From Pseudomonadota bacterium (lineage in GTDB: Bacteria > Pseudomonadota > Alphaproteobacteria > Rhizobiales > Devosiaceae): a stretch of DNA of 44,981 nt. Position numbers and translations under genes: made by a program. Shown one piece after another: positions 19,142 to 30,041 of this stretch. The stretch's first letter is position 1; each line of letters begins with the position of its first letter. The notes below the pieces were generated by a model. That model did not search any database. It was not told the origin of the DNA and saw only the letters and a program-made list of their open reading frames with translations. The stretch covers positions 1 through 44,981 of the forward strand of contig JAEYZJ010000072.1 in NCBI GenBank assembly GCA_023430705.1, in the 5' to 3' direction.

Positions 19142-19870
19142 ATGACCAACTGGGCTACCGAGTTCTTTGACGGCAGGACCGTCGTCGTGGCCGGCGGCAC
19201 CTCGGGGATCGGGCAGGGGATCGGCCGCGCCTTCGCCGATGCCGGCGCCACCGTGCACGTGACCGGCGCCACCCAGGCCGAAGTCGAGGCCGGCGCCCAG
19301 GCCGAGCCCCGCTTCCGCTACACCCGGCTCGATGTCCGCAACGCCGCCCAGGTCGCCGAATATGCCGGCGCGTTCGACCAGGTGCATGTGCTCGTCAACT
19401 GCGCCGGCGTGAACCTGCGTGCGGCCGAGCACACGGTCGAGGGTTTCGAGACCGTGATCGACATCAACCTCAACGGCTCGATGCGCACCGCCTATGCCTT
19501 CCGGCAAAAGCTCGCTGGTGGGGCCATCCTCAACATCGGTTCGATGTTCTCGTTCTTCGGCGCGCCGCACGCCCCGGCCTATGCCGCGAGCAAGCATGCC
19601 GTCGCCGGGCTCACTAAGTCGCTGGCCGCCGCGTTTGCGGGCGAGGGCATCCGCGTCAACGCGCTGGCGCCGGGCTGGATCGAGACCGCCATGACCGCCG
19701 TGCCGCGCGCAAACGAGGCGCGCAATGCCGAACTGATGGGCCGCACGCCGCTCGGCCGCTGGGGCACGCCGGCCGACCTCGCGCCCGCCGCCCTATTTCT
19801 CTGCTCGCCGCTCGCCGGGTTCATCACCGGCGCCATCCTGCCGGTCGACGGGGGTTACCTCGTCGCCTGA
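19142..19870 (+). CDS. SDR family NAD(P)-dependent oxidoreductase
   Basis: GGTSGIG, VNCAG, YAASK and VNALAPGWIET. AGGAGG RBS. Confidence 0.92.
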   Translation: MTNWATEFFDGRTVVVAGGTSGIGQGIGRAFADAGATVHVTGATQAEVEAGAQAEPRFRYTRLDVRNAAQVAEYAGAFDQVHVLVNCAGVNLRAAEHTVEGFETVIDINLNGSMRTAYAFRQKLAGGAILNIGSMFSFFGAPHAPAYAASKHAVAGLTKSLAAAFAGEGIRVNALAPGWIETAMTAVPRANEARNAELMGRTPLGRWGTPADLAPAALFLCSPLAGFITGAILPVDGGYLVA

Positions 19871-20353
19871 CGGCACGCGCGCCGCGCAGTAGTAGAGCGC
19901 CTGGTTGATCGCCTGCAGCGAGCCGGTGAGCGGAATGCCGTTCGCGGGCAGTTCCGGGCCGGCCCTCGGGTCGAGATAGGCGACGCCGCCGTTCTTCAGC
20001 GCATCGACGATATCGGCTACATCGCCATCGACCTTGGCGTGGTAGGGCGTGCCGTCCGCCTTGGCGTCCATGTCGATGGGCGACTCGCGGTCGATGGTCA
20101 GCCGCCAGCGTCCCGCATCGCCACCCGGGCGGCTGGTGTGCAGATGCACCGCGACGCTGAAGTCGTCCTCGCAGCGCACCGCGATGCAGGTGAAGCGCTC
20201 GGGCGTCGACTTGTAGGCGCAGCCGAGCGCGGCGCGATCGCCTTCCCCGGCGATCGGCGAGTATTGCCAGCCCTCTTCCTGCGCCCCGGCGGGGAGGGCG
20301 AGGGCGAGGACGGCAATCGCCGCCGCCGGCAGCAGGGTCGTCGGTCGGTGCAA
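19793..20353 (-). CDS. Secreted hypothetical protein with four Cys
   Basis: Signal peptide (..LALPAGA-QE) and host-like codon usage. Starts 3 bp after the AKR stop and overlaps the SDR 3' end by 78 bp. Confidence 0.65.
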   Translation of the reverse strand: MHRPTTLLPAAAIAVLALALPAGAQEEGWQYSPIAGEGDRAALGCAYKSTPERFTCIAVRCEDDFSVAVHLHTSRPGGDAGRWRLTIDRESPIDMDAKADGTPYHAKVDGDVADIVDALKNGGVAYLDPRAGPELPANGIPLTGSLQAINQALYYCAARVPSGDEVTPVDRQDGAGDEPGERRAEK

Positions 20354-20356
20354 GGC

Positions 20357-21283
20357 CTATTTTCCCGCGGCGGTGAGTTCGGCGAGATCCTCGGCCCCGA
20401 GCGTGAGGCGGGCGCCGCGGGCAAGGCTCTCGACCTGCTCCACCGTGGTGGCCGAGGCGATGGGCGCGCCGACGGCCGGCTGCGCGGCGATCCAGGCCAG
20501 GCTCACCTCCGTCGCGCTGGCGCCGGTGCGACCCGCCACCGCGTCGAGCGCGTCGAGGATGCGGTATCCCTTGGGGTTGAGGTATTTGTCGACCACGGCC
20601 TGCCCACGCGGGCTCTTCTGCGCATCGGCCGGGCTGCGATACTTGCCCGAGAGGAAGCCGCGCGCGAGGCTGAAATAGCCGATGCCCGAAATCTCCTCCC
20701 TGATGCAGGTCTCCTGCACGCCTTCGAAGCCGGCCCGGTCGTAGAGGTTGAACTCGTTCTGGATCGTCTCGTAGCGCGCCAGCCCGTTGGCCTTCGAGAT
20801 CGCCAGCGCCTCGGTCAGCAGCGCCGCGTCCTGGTTGGACGAGCCGATATAGCGGACCTTGCCGGCCTTCACCACGCGATCGAGGGCGGCGAGCGTCTCC
20901 TCCTGCGGCGTGTTCGGGTCCGGCCAGTGGGTCTGGTAAAGGTCGATATGGTCGGTCTGCAGCCGGCGCAGCGAGGCGTCGACTTCCTCTTCGATCCACC
21001 TGGCGCTGAGGTCGCGATGCCCCTGTCCCATGTCCGAGCCGACCTTGGTGAAGACGAGCACCTTGTCGCGGTTGCCGCGCGACTTGATCCAGTTGCCCAG
21101 GATCGTCTCCGACTTGCCCTTGCCGTAGCTGTCGGCGGTGTCGAAGGCGGTGAAGCCCTCGCCCACGAAGGCATCGAGCACTGCCGCCGCCGCGCTTTCC
21201 TCGAGCGTCCAGCCGAGCACATTGCAGCCGAGCACCAGCGGGTGGATGAATAGTTCAGTACGGCCGAGGCGGCGCTTGGTCAT
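20357..21283 (-). CDS. Aldo/keto reductase
   Basis: FDTADSY, SETILG, TKVG, SLRRLQTDHIDLYQTHWPD, GKVRYIGSSN and LARGFLSGKY. Confidence 0.93.
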   Translation of the reverse strand: MTKRRLGRTELFIHPLVLGCNVLGWTLEESAAAAVLDAFVGEGFTAFDTADSYGKGKSETILGNWIKSRGNRDKVLVFTKVGSDMGQGHRDLSARWIEEEVDASLRRLQTDHIDLYQTHWPDPNTPQEETLAALDRVVKAGKVRYIGSSNQDAALLTEALAISKANGLARYETIQNEFNLYDRAGFEGVQETCIREEISGIGYFSLARGFLSGKYRSPADAQKSPRGQAVVDKYLNPKGYRILDALDAVAGRTGASATEVSLAWIAAQPAVGAPIASATTVEQVESLARGARLTLGAEDLAELTAAGK

Positions 21284-21388
21284 GTCAGGTCTCCGGCGTG
21301 GTGGACGTTCGGGAAGGAGCGGACGCTAGCCCGCCTGCCGCTGCGTTGCCAAGCGGCACCTGTATCGCGGCCTGCTCTTGCCGCCGCG

Positions 21389-21775
21389 CTAGCGCCTCGG
21401 CTGGATCAGGTCCCACTTGTTGCCGTAGAGGTCCTCGAACACCGCGACCGAGCCATAGGCCTCGTGCCGGGGCGCCTCGAGGAAGCGCACGCCCCGGGCC
21501 GTGTAGGCGGCGAAGTCGCGCTCGAAATCGTCGGTCTCGAGGAAGAAGCCGACGCGTCCTCCCGTCTGGTCGCCCACCCGCGCCGCCTGCGCCTCGCCGT
21601 CGGCCTGTGCCAGCAGCAGTCGCGCCCCCCCGCCGGGCGGTCCCACCAGCACCCAGCGCTTGCTGCCGAGCGGCGTGTCGGCGATCAGCGAGAAGCCCAA
21701 TCGGTCCCGGTAGAATGCGATTGCCTCGTCGTAGTCATGCACGACGAGCGCGATGGTGGCGATGGATTGCGTCAT
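21389..21775 (-). CDS. VOC/glyoxalase family protein
   Basis: LVVHDYDEAIAFY, GDQTGGRV and VAVFEDLYGNKWDL. Confidence 0.9.
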   Translation of the reverse strand: MTQSIATIALVVHDYDEAIAFYRDRLGFSLIADTPLGSKRWVLVGPPGGGARLLLAQADGEAQAARVGDQTGGRVGFFLETDDFERDFAAYTARGVRFLEAPRHEAYGSVAVFEDLYGNKWDLIQPRR

Positions 21776-21922
21776 TCCCGGGCTTTCTTGCTCATTTGTT
21801 TCCGTCCGCGGACGGTTCTGCACCGATCCGTTCGGCAATCGGTTTCCTCAAGGATTCCTTGGGGCTGGACGGTTTTGGCGCCATCCGTTCCCGAGTGGAA
21901 AATCATTCTCCCGGGGATACGA

Positions 21923-21942
21923 AGTTGACCGTTTGGTCAACT
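21923..21942. promoter_or_regulatory. Perfect palindrome matching the RutR-type operator, between the VOC gene and dppA
   Basis: AGTTGACC-GTTT-GGTCAACT, with core TTGACCGTTTGGTCAA at 21925-21940. Confidence 0.6.
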
Positions 21943-22053
21943 CCCCATTGCGCCTTGGCAGAAAAAGCGCTTTCTTGCCCGCCAAGCTCCGGCCGGCACA
22001 CAGCTTCGTGCCGCGTACACCGGAGCGCAATGATATTCGGGAGACGAAACATC

Positions 22054-23649
22054 ATGCACCTGATGAAAACCCTGCTGACCGCCACTGCGCTCGTCGCCGT
22101 GATGGCCGGCAGTGCCTATGCCAAGCAGCTCGTGTTCTGTTCGGAGGCCTCACCTGCCCACTTCGACCCCGGCCCGACCACCGGCGGTAACGATTTCGAC
22201 GCCTCCTCGCGTACCATCTACGACCGTCTGGTCGAGTTCGAGCACGGTGGTACCGCGGTCGTTCCGGGCCTTGCCGAAAGCTGGGAAGTCTCGCCCGACG
22301 GGCTCGAGTACACTTTCCACCTGCGGCCCGGGGTGAAGTTCCACACCACGTCCTATTTCACTCCCACGCGCGACCTGAACGCCGACGACGTGATCTTCTC
22401 GTTCGAGCGCCAGTGGAAGGAAGACAACCCGTTCTACACCTATCTCGAAGGCCTGAGCTGGGACTACTTCCAGGGCATGGACATGCCCAAGTTCCTCGCC
22501 TCGATCGAGAAGGTCGATGACCTGACCGTCAAGATCACGCTCACCGAGCCCAACGCGCCGATGATCGCGAACCTCGGCATGGACTTCGCCTCGATCGTCT
22601 CGAAGGAATATGCCGATCAGGTGCTGGCCTCCGGCAACCTCGCCGACTTCGCCAACAAGCCCGTCGGCACCGGCCCGTTCACCTTCGTCGATTACCAGAC
22701 CGACGCCGTGATCCGCTATTCTGCCTTCCCCGACTACTGGCGCGGCAAGGTGGCCCTCGACGACCTGATCTTCGCCATCACCACCGATCCGGCGGTGCGC
22801 GCGCAGAAGCTGAAGGCCGGCGAATGCGACATCATGAGCTACCCGTCCCCGGCCGACATTGCCGACCTGCAGGCGGACCCGAACCTGAACGTGATGGAGC
22901 AGGAAGGCCTGAACATCGGCTACCTGGCGTACAACACGACCATCCCGCCGATGGACAATGCCAAGGTCCGCAAGGCGCTCTCGATGGCCATCAACAAGCC
23001 GGCGATCATCGACGCCGTCTACCAGGGTGCCGGCCAGGACGCCAAGAACCTGATCCCGCCGACCATGTGGTCCTATGACGACAACATCCCGGCGGACACC
23101 TACGATCCGGATGCTGCCAGGAAGCTGCTCGAGGAAGCCGGCGTCAAGGACCTGACCCTCGACCTGTGGGCCATGCCGGTCAGCCGTCCGTACAACCCGA
23201 ACGCCCAGCGCGTTGCCGAAATGATCCAGGCCGACTGGGCCGCGGTCGGCGTCAATGCCAACATCGTGACCTACGAGTGGACCGAGTACCGCGAGCGCGG
23301 CAAGCAGAAGGACCGCCCGGGCGCTTTCCAGATCGGCTGGACCGGTGACAACGGCGATCCGGACAACTTCTTCGCGACCCTGTTCTCCTGCTCGGCCATC
23401 GGCGTGTCGAACTATTCGAGCTGGTGCAACGAGGACTTCGAGAAGGCCATCCAGGACGCCAAGAAGGTCACGGACCAGGACGAGCGCGCGGCGCTCTACA
23501 CCAAGGCCCAGGAAATCTTCAAGGCTGAGGAGCCGGCCCTGACCCTCGCTCACTCGAAGGTGTTCATGCCCATGAACAAGCGCGTTCAGGGCTATACGAT
23601 GGATCCGCTCGGCATCCATCGCTTCGACAACGTCGACGTCACCGAATAA
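22054..23649 (+). CDS. dppA: Dipeptide ABC transporter substrate-binding protein
   Basis: Signal peptide, LVFCSEASP, PGLAESWEVS, PVGTGPF, WAMPVSRPYNPNA and GWTGDNGDPDNF. Confidence 0.92.
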   Translation: MHLMKTLLTATALVAVMAGSAYAKQLVFCSEASPAHFDPGPTTGGNDFDASSRTIYDRLVEFEHGGTAVVPGLAESWEVSPDGLEYTFHLRPGVKFHTTSYFTPTRDLNADDVIFSFERQWKEDNPFYTYLEGLSWDYFQGMDMPKFLASIEKVDDLTVKITLTEPNAPMIANLGMDFASIVSKEYADQVLASGNLADFANKPVGTGPFTFVDYQTDAVIRYSAFPDYWRGKVALDDLIFAITTDPAVRAQKLKAGECDIMSYPSPADIADLQADPNLNVMEQEGLNIGYLAYNTTIPPMDNAKVRKALSMAINKPAIIDAVYQGAGQDAKNLIPPTMWSYDDNIPADTYDPDAARKLLEEAGVKDLTLDLWAMPVSRPYNPNAQRVAEMIQADWAAVGVNANIVTYEWTEYRERGKQKDRPGAFQIGWTGDNGDPDNFFATLFSCSAIGVSNYSSWCNEDFEKAIQDAKKVTDQDERAALYTKAQEIFKAEEPALTLAHSKVFMPMNKRVQGYTMDPLGIHRFDNVDVTE

Positions 23650-23664
23650 TCGGCTACAATCCGG

Positions 23665-23693
23665 GGGGCGGTATCCATTTCGGATGCCGCCCC
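23665..23693 (+). terminator. Intra-operon stem-loop between dppA and dppB
   Basis: GGGGCGGTATCC-atttc-GGATGCCGCCCC, a typical post-SBP mRNA stabiliser or attenuator position. Confidence 0.6.
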
Positions 23694-23706
23694 TTGGCAT
23701 ATCCAC

Positions 23707-24714
23707 ATGCTGCGATTCATCCTCCAGAAGCTGGCCCTGATCGTGCCGACCATCATCGGCATCACGATCGCGTCCTTCGCCTTCATCCGCCTGCTGCCCG
23801 GCGACCCCATCCTCGCGATGGCGGGGCAACACGGCGTCACGCCGGAACGCTACGAAATCCTCAAGGAGCAGTTCGGCTTCAACCTGCCCATCTGGCAGCA
23901 GTACCTCAATTACGTGGGCGGCATCCTGCAGGGCAATTTCGGCATCTCCCTCGCCACCAAGCGCCCCGTCATCGACGAGTTCCTGACCCTCTTCCCGGCA
24001 ACGGTCGAACTGGCGCTGTTCGCCATGCTGATCGCCGTCGCCCTCGGCATTCCCGCCGGCATCTTCGCCGCCATCAAGCGCGGCTCGTGGTTCGACCAGA
24101 TCACCATGGGCGTGGCGCTGGCCGGCTATTCCATGCCGATCTTCTGGTGGGGCCTGCTGCTCATCATCTTCTTTTCCGGCTACCTGGGCTGGACTCCGGT
24201 TTCGGGCCGCATCTCGCTGCAGTACTTCTTCCCGCGCGTCACCGGCTTCATGCTGATCGACAGCCTGATCGCCGGCAAGCCCGATGCCTTCGTGTCGGCG
24301 CTGCGCCACCTGATCCTGCCCGCTGTCGTCCTCGGCACCATCCCGCTCGCGGTGATCGCCCGGCAGACGCGTTCGGCCATGCTCGAAGTGCTCGGCGAGG
24401 ACTATGTCCGCACCGCCCGCGCCAAGGGCCTCGAGCCTAGCCGCGTCATCGGTGTGCATGCCTTCCGCAACGCCCTGATCCCGGTCGTCACCACCATCGG
24501 CCTGCAGATCGGGCTGCTGATGGCGGGCGCCATCCTCACCGAAACGATCTTCTCCTGGCCCGGCATCGGCAAGTGGATGATCGATTCCATTTCCAAGCGG
24601 GACTACGTTTCGGTGCAGTCCGGCCTGTTGCTCATCGCGTTGATCGTCATGGCGGTGAACCTCATCGTCGACATCCTCTACGCCGTCATCAATCCGCGCA
24701 TAAGGGTGCATTGA
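23707..24714 (+). CDS. dppB: Dipeptide ABC permease
   Basis: LPGDP, FPATVEL, EAA-like [22 protein letters not shown] and NPRIR. Confidence 0.93.
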   Translation: MLRFILQKLALIVPTIIGITIASFAFIRLLPGDPILAMAGQHGVTPERYEILKEQFGFNLPIWQQYLNYVGGILQGNFGISLATKRPVIDEFLTLFPATVELALFAMLIAVALGIPAGIFAAIKRGSWFDQITMGVALAGYSMPIFWWGLLLIIFFSGYLGWTPVSGRISLQYFFPRVTGFMLIDSLIAGKPDAFVSALRHLILPAVVLGTIPLAVIARQTRSAMLEVLGEDYVRTARAKGLEPSRVIGVHAFRNALIPVVTTIGLQIGLLMAGAILTETIFSWPGIGKWMIDSISKRDYVSVQSGLLLIALIVMAVNLIVDILYAVINPRIRVH

Positions 24715-25616
24715 TGAGCACGGACGCAGCCACTCCCAACGTCGCCACCGGCCGCTTCGCGGGCCTGCGCGAGTTCTGGTACTACTTCTCGATGAACAAG
24801 GGGGCCGTGATCGGCCTCGTCGTGTTCATCCTGCTGATCCTCGTCGCCGTCTTCGCGCCGGTGCTCGCGCCGTTCCCGCCGGACCAGCAGTTCCGCCAGT
24901 TCATCCGCATGCCGCCACCCTGGGCCGGCGGCACCCAGCCCCAGTTCCTGCTCGGCACCGACGAAGTCGGCCGCGATATCCTCTCGCGCCTCATCTATGG
25001 CGCACGCTACTCGCTGTTCATCGGCTTCTTCGTCGTCACCGGCGCCATGGTCGTCGGCGTGACGCTGGGCCTGCTCGCCGGCTACTACCGCGGCTGGGTC
25101 GATGCGGTGATCATGCGCGTCATGGACATCATCCTCGCCTTCCCCTCGCTGCTCCTGGCGCTGGTGCTGGTGGCGATCCTGGGGCCCGGCCTCTTCAACG
25201 CCATGCTCGCCATCGCGCTCGTCCTGCAGCCTCACTTCGCGCGCCTAACCCGCGCTGCGGTGCTGAGCGAGAAGAGCCGCGAATACGTGACCTCGGCCAA
25301 GGTCGCCGGCGCCGGCCATCTGCGGCTCATGTTCATCACCATCCTGCCCAACTGCCTCGGTCCGCTGATCGTTCAGGCGACGCTGAGCTTTTCGAACGCC
25401 ATCCTCGAGGCCGCCGCTCTCGGTTTCCTCGGCATGGGGGCGCAGCCGCCGACCCCCGAATGGGGCACCATGCTGGCCCGGGCGCGCGAGTTCATCACCT
25501 CGGCCTGGTGGATCGTCACCATGCCCGGCCTCGCCATCCTGATCACCGTGCTCGCCATCAACCTCATCGGCGATGGCCTGCGCGATGCGCTCGACCCCAA
25601 GCTGAAGCGGAGCTGA
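24714..25616 (+). CDS. dppC: Dipeptide ABC permease
   Basis: [23 protein letters not shown] and [14 protein letters not shown] coupled to the dppB stop. Confidence 0.93.
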   Translation: MSTDAATPNVATGRFAGLREFWYYFSMNKGAVIGLVVFILLILVAVFAPVLAPFPPDQQFRQFIRMPPPWAGGTQPQFLLGTDEVGRDILSRLIYGARYSLFIGFFVVTGAMVVGVTLGLLAGYYRGWVDAVIMRVMDIILAFPSLLLALVLVAILGPGLFNAMLAIALVLQPHFARLTRAAVLSEKSREYVTSAKVAGAGHLRLMFITILPNCLGPLIVQATLSFSNAILEAAALGFLGMGAQPPTPEWGTMLARAREFITSAWWIVTMPGLAILITVLAINLIGDGLRDALDPKLKRS

Positions 25617-25621
25617 GGCCG

Positions 25622-26457
25622 ATGTCCCTTCTCGAAGTCAGGAACCTCACCGTCTCCTTCGACACCTCGATCGGCGTCTTCAACGCCGTCAGGGGCATCG
25701 ACCTGCATGTCGATGAGCGCGAAGTGCTCGCCATCGTGGGCGAAAGCGGCTCGGGCAAGTCCGTCGCCATGCTCGCCGTCATGGGTCTGCTGCCGGCCAC
25801 CGCCAAGGTCGCCGCCGACAAGATGACCTTCGACGGCCGCGACCTGCTCGCCATCACGCCGGCCGAGCGGCGCAGGATCATCGGCAAGGACGTCGCCATG
25901 ATCTTCCAGGAGCCCATGACCAGCCTCAACCCGTGCTTCACGGTCGGCTTCCAGATCGAGGAGGTGCTCCGCTTCCACCTCGGCATGGACAAGGCCCGGC
26001 GCCGCGCCCGCGCCATCGAGTTGCTCGACCAGGTCGGCATCCCCAACCCGTCCGAGCGCCTGCACGCCTATCCGCACCAGATGTCGGGCGGGCAGAACCA
26101 GCGCGTCATGATCGCCATGGCGATCGCCTGCAATCCCAAGCTGCTGATCGCCGACGAGCCGACCACGGCGCTCGACGTCACCATCCAGAAGCAGATTCTC
26201 GACCTGCTGGTGGGGCTGCAGGCGGAGCATGGCATGGGGCTGATCATGATCACCCACAATATCGGCGTCGTGGCCGAGACGGCCGACCGGGTCATCGTCC
26301 AGTACAAGGGTAGGAAGATGGAGGAGGCCGGCGTGCTCGAGCTCTTCACCGCGCCCAGGAGCCCCTATACCCGCGCGCTGCTCGCCGCGCTGCCCGAGAA
26401 CGCCACCGGCGACCGCCTGCCCACGGTCTCGGGCTTCAGTTTCGAGGGGACGGAGTG

Positions 26458-26458
<1 letters not shown>
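25622..26458 (+). CDS. dppD: Dipeptide ABC ATP-binding protein
   Basis: [27 protein letters not shown] and ADEPTTALD. Confidence 0.92.
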
Positions 26459-27294
<836 letters not shown>

Positions 27295-27316
27295 CCCGGG
27301 GCTCCCGGCGGCCGGC

Positions 27317-27331
27317 TTAAGCCCGTGTTAA
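27317..27331. promoter_or_regulatory. CtrA-type box TTAA-N7-TTAA upstream of the EAL gene, within an inverted repeat
   Basis: TTAA-GCCCGTG-TTAA, flanked as CCGGCTTAA...TTAAGCCGG, 55 bp upstream of ATG 27386. Confidence 0.6.
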
Positions 27332-27385
27332 GCCGGGCCTCGTAGCGTTCCGCGATGCTCAGATCGCCGGTGCCTTTCATTGCCC

Positions 27386-29611
27386 ATGGCCGCTGCTTCC
27401 ACCTTGGCGAAGGCCACTAGAGCCGGCGGCCCGAAACCCGGGTCCCGCCCGGCCTCCGCGCTGGCGAGTTTCACCGTCTGGACGGCCCTCCCGACCTTCG
27501 GCGTCTACCTGGGGGTGTGCGCGCTCGTCTTCCTCGCCATGCACCTCATGAGCTCGGAGATGAACGCCATCGACTCCGACCGCGGCAAGAAGTCGATCGC
27601 CGCCGCCGTCAAGTCGCTGGTGGTGAGCCTGGGGGACACCGCCGCCGACGAGGCGACCTGGACCGAGGCCTACATCAACACCTATGTCACGCCCAATCCC
27701 GCCTGGCACGATGCCACCTGGGGCTCGACCGCGCGCATCTCCGACACCTACGACACCGCGATCCTCACCGATGTCGAGGGCAACATCGTCTTCGGCGAAA
27801 CCAGCCGCGGCCCGTTGGTGGGCCGGCTGGCGGACGTCTTCAGCGGCGCCGGCGAACTGCTCGCCGAGCTCGAGGCCGGCATCGGCCGCCACGGCGACGA
27901 TGCCACCGTCGCCCACCTCTCGCGCAACGAGCACGGCGCCACGGCCCTTGCCGGTGCGGTGGTGCATGGCAGCTCCGGCCAGGCGGGCATCCCGCGCGAG
28001 CATCGCCGCATCCTGTGGCTGGCCAAGCGGCTCGACGACACCATGCTGCGCAATGTCGCGGCCCGCTTCGAACTGCCCATGCCGCGGCTCGTCCGCGCCC
28101 CGGCCCCCGACCACGACTCCATGGTGCTGACCGACGCCGCCGGCGCCGAGATCGCCATCATCGACTGGATGCCGCGCCGCCCCGGCGATCCGGCTTTCGC
28201 CCACACTGCCACCGTCGCCGCCATGGTGATGGTGCTGATCGGCGCCCTGCTGTTCCTCGTCCTCGCGGGCTTCCGGCATGCCATCAAGCTCCGCGCCGTT
28301 TCCGACGAGCGCGACTGGTTCAACGCCCGCTACGACACCGTGACGGGCCTGCGCAACCGCTTCGGCCTCGAGGAGCACCTGAAGGGTCTGATCCCGAGGA
28401 AGCGGGGCGAGCGCAACCTCGCCGCGCTGCAGATCTATGTGGACGGCCTGCCCGAGATCGTCGGCCTCTATGGCCGCGAGACCGCCGCGCAGGTCCTCGT
28501 CTCGCTGGCCGAACGGTTCGGCGCCGTATCGGACGGCAACGTCGCGATCGGACGCGTCGGGCCGGCCGAGATCGGCATCGTCGAGGTCGCCGAGGACCCT
28601 GCCGCCTCGCTGGCCGCGCTGGCCCACCGCATCCTCGAGACCGCTGCCGATCCTGTCCCCGTGGGAACGCTCAAGCTCAAGATCGGCGCCCTCAGCATCG
28701 GGCTCGCCTCCCTCACCACGACCCGCGACAAGGCCGGCGAGGTGATCCGCATGGCGGAAGCCGCCGTCGCCAAGGCGCGCGAGACCGGCGGCAACCACAC
28801 CGTGGTCTATACCCCCGCCATCGAGGACGAGCGGCGGCGGCGGATCGAGCTGCAGACCGACATCCGCCGCGGCCTCGAGGCCGACGAGTTCGACCTCGAG
28901 TACCAGCCGATCATCGACTTCCGCAGCCAGAGCATCATCGGTGTCGAGGCGCTGATGCGCTGGAACCGCCGGGCGGCGGGGCCGATGGGCCCCAATGAGT
29001 TCATCCCGGCCGCCGAGGCCTCGGGACTGATCGATGATCTCGGCATGTTCGCGCTGCGCCGCTCCATCGCGGAGATCGGCCCCCTCGGCAACCTCAAGAT
29101 CTCGGTCAACGTCTCGACCGCGCAGTTGCGCAACCCCAACCTGCCGCAGATCGTGTTCTCGGCGCTCGACGAGTGGCGGGTCGACCCCACGCGCCTCCAG
29201 CTCGAAGTGACCGAGTCCTTCCTCGTCGCCCAGCCCGAGCGCGCCATCAAGCTGATCGAGCAGCTGCGCCACGCGGGCGTGCTGATCGCGCTCGACGACT
29301 TCGGCACGGGCTATTCCTCGATCGGCTACCTCAGGCAGTTCAGCTTCGACCGGCTCAAGCTCGATCGCTCCCTCGTCGCCGATATCGACGGCGATCCGGT
29401 GCAGACGGCGCTCGTCGAATCCACCATGGTCTATGCCTTCGCCATGGGGCTGGATGTCACCGCGGAGGGCGTCGAGCGCCACGAGGAGGCCGCGGTGCTG
29501 TCGCGGCTCGGTTGCCGCGAGTTCCAGGGCTATCTCTTCGCGCGCCCGTTGCGCCTCGCCCAGCTCGAGCGGCTGATCGGCAGCGAGCCGGAAGTGCGCG
29601 CCGCTAGCTAG
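27386..29611 (+). CDS. Membrane c-di-GMP phosphodiesterase: CHASE4-like sensor, degenerate GGDEF, EAL
   Basis: TM-(WTEAY periplasmic domain)-TM, DTVTGLRNR, degenerate RVGPAEI, and intact YQPI, EALMRW, LEVTE, DDFGTGYSS, AEGVE and QGYLF. Confidence 0.88.
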   Translation: MAAASTLAKATRAGGPKPGSRPASALASFTVWTALPTFGVYLGVCALVFLAMHLMSSEMNAIDSDRGKKSIAAAVKSLVVSLGDTAADEATWTEAYINTYVTPNPAWHDATWGSTARISDTYDTAILTDVEGNIVFGETSRGPLVGRLADVFSGAGELLAELEAGIGRHGDDATVAHLSRNEHGATALAGAVVHGSSGQAGIPREHRRILWLAKRLDDTMLRNVAARFELPMPRLVRAPAPDHDSMVLTDAAGAEIAIIDWMPRRPGDPAFAHTATVAAMVMVLIGALLFLVLAGFRHAIKLRAVSDERDWFNARYDTVTGLRNRFGLEEHLKGLIPRKRGERNLAALQIYVDGLPEIVGLYGRETAAQVLVSLAERFGAVSDGNVAIGRVGPAEIGIVEVAEDPAASLAALAHRILETAADPVPVGTLKLKIGALSIGLASLTTTRDKAGEVIRMAEAAVAKARETGGNHTVVYTPAIEDERRRRIELQTDIRRGLEADEFDLEYQPIIDFRSQSIIGVEALMRWNRRAAGPMGPNEFIPAAEASGLIDDLGMFALRRSIAEIGPLGNLKISVNVSTAQLRNPNLPQIVFSALDEWRVDPTRLQLEVTESFLVAQPERAIKLIEQLRHAGVLIALDDFGTGYSSIGYLRQFSFDRLKLDRSLVADIDGDPVQTALVESTMVYAFAMGLDVTAEGVERHEEAAVLSRLGCREFQGYLFARPLRLAQLERLIGSEPEVRAAS

Positions 29612-30038
29612 AGGCCTGCCTGCGGCATTCGGCGCAGCGTCCGCGCAGCTCGATCGTGGTGCGCTCGAGCCCGAACCCGGTCTTTCCGGCCCACTGGGCC
29701 AGCCGACCGGTCACCTCCGCATCGGCGAACTCGTCCACCCGCCCGCAGTCCGAGCAGATGGCGAAGGCCGCCGTGTTGGTGCGGTGGCAGCCGGAATCGG
29801 CGCAGCACACGAACGCATTGAGCGACTCGAGCCGGTGCGCCAGTCCCTGTTCGATCAGCTTGTCGAGCGCGCGATAGACCTGCAGTGGCGCGCGCAGCCC
29901 CGCCTCGCGCAGCCGGTCGAGAATGTCGTAGGCCGAGAGCGGGCCGCTGGCGTGGTTCAGCGTCTCGAGCACCAGCCCCTGGTTGCGCGTCAGGTCGTGC
30001 GGGCGTTCGTGGTGGTGGTCCTCATGGCTGTGGGCCAT
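29604..30038 (-). CDS. zur: Zinc uptake regulator (Fur family)
   Basis: PLSAYDIL, VYRAL, HRLESLNAF and two CxxC. Last gene of znuCB. Confidence 0.9.
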   Translation of the reverse strand: MAHSHEDHHHERPHDLTRNQGLVLETLNHASGPLSAYDILDRLREAGLRAPLQVYRALDKLIEQGLAHRLESLNAFVCCADSGCHRTNTAAFAICSDCGRVDEFADAEVTGRLAQWAGKTGFGLERTTIELRGRCAECRRQASS

Positions 30039-30041
30039 CGC

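Noticed and set aside
21298..22053. Long N-terminal extension of DppA in the ORF track (783 aa); likewise extended starts for ade, phnM, znuB and the sugar ATPase
   Set aside because: The extensions overlap other genes or promoters. Signal peptides, RBSs and family N-termini support the later starts.
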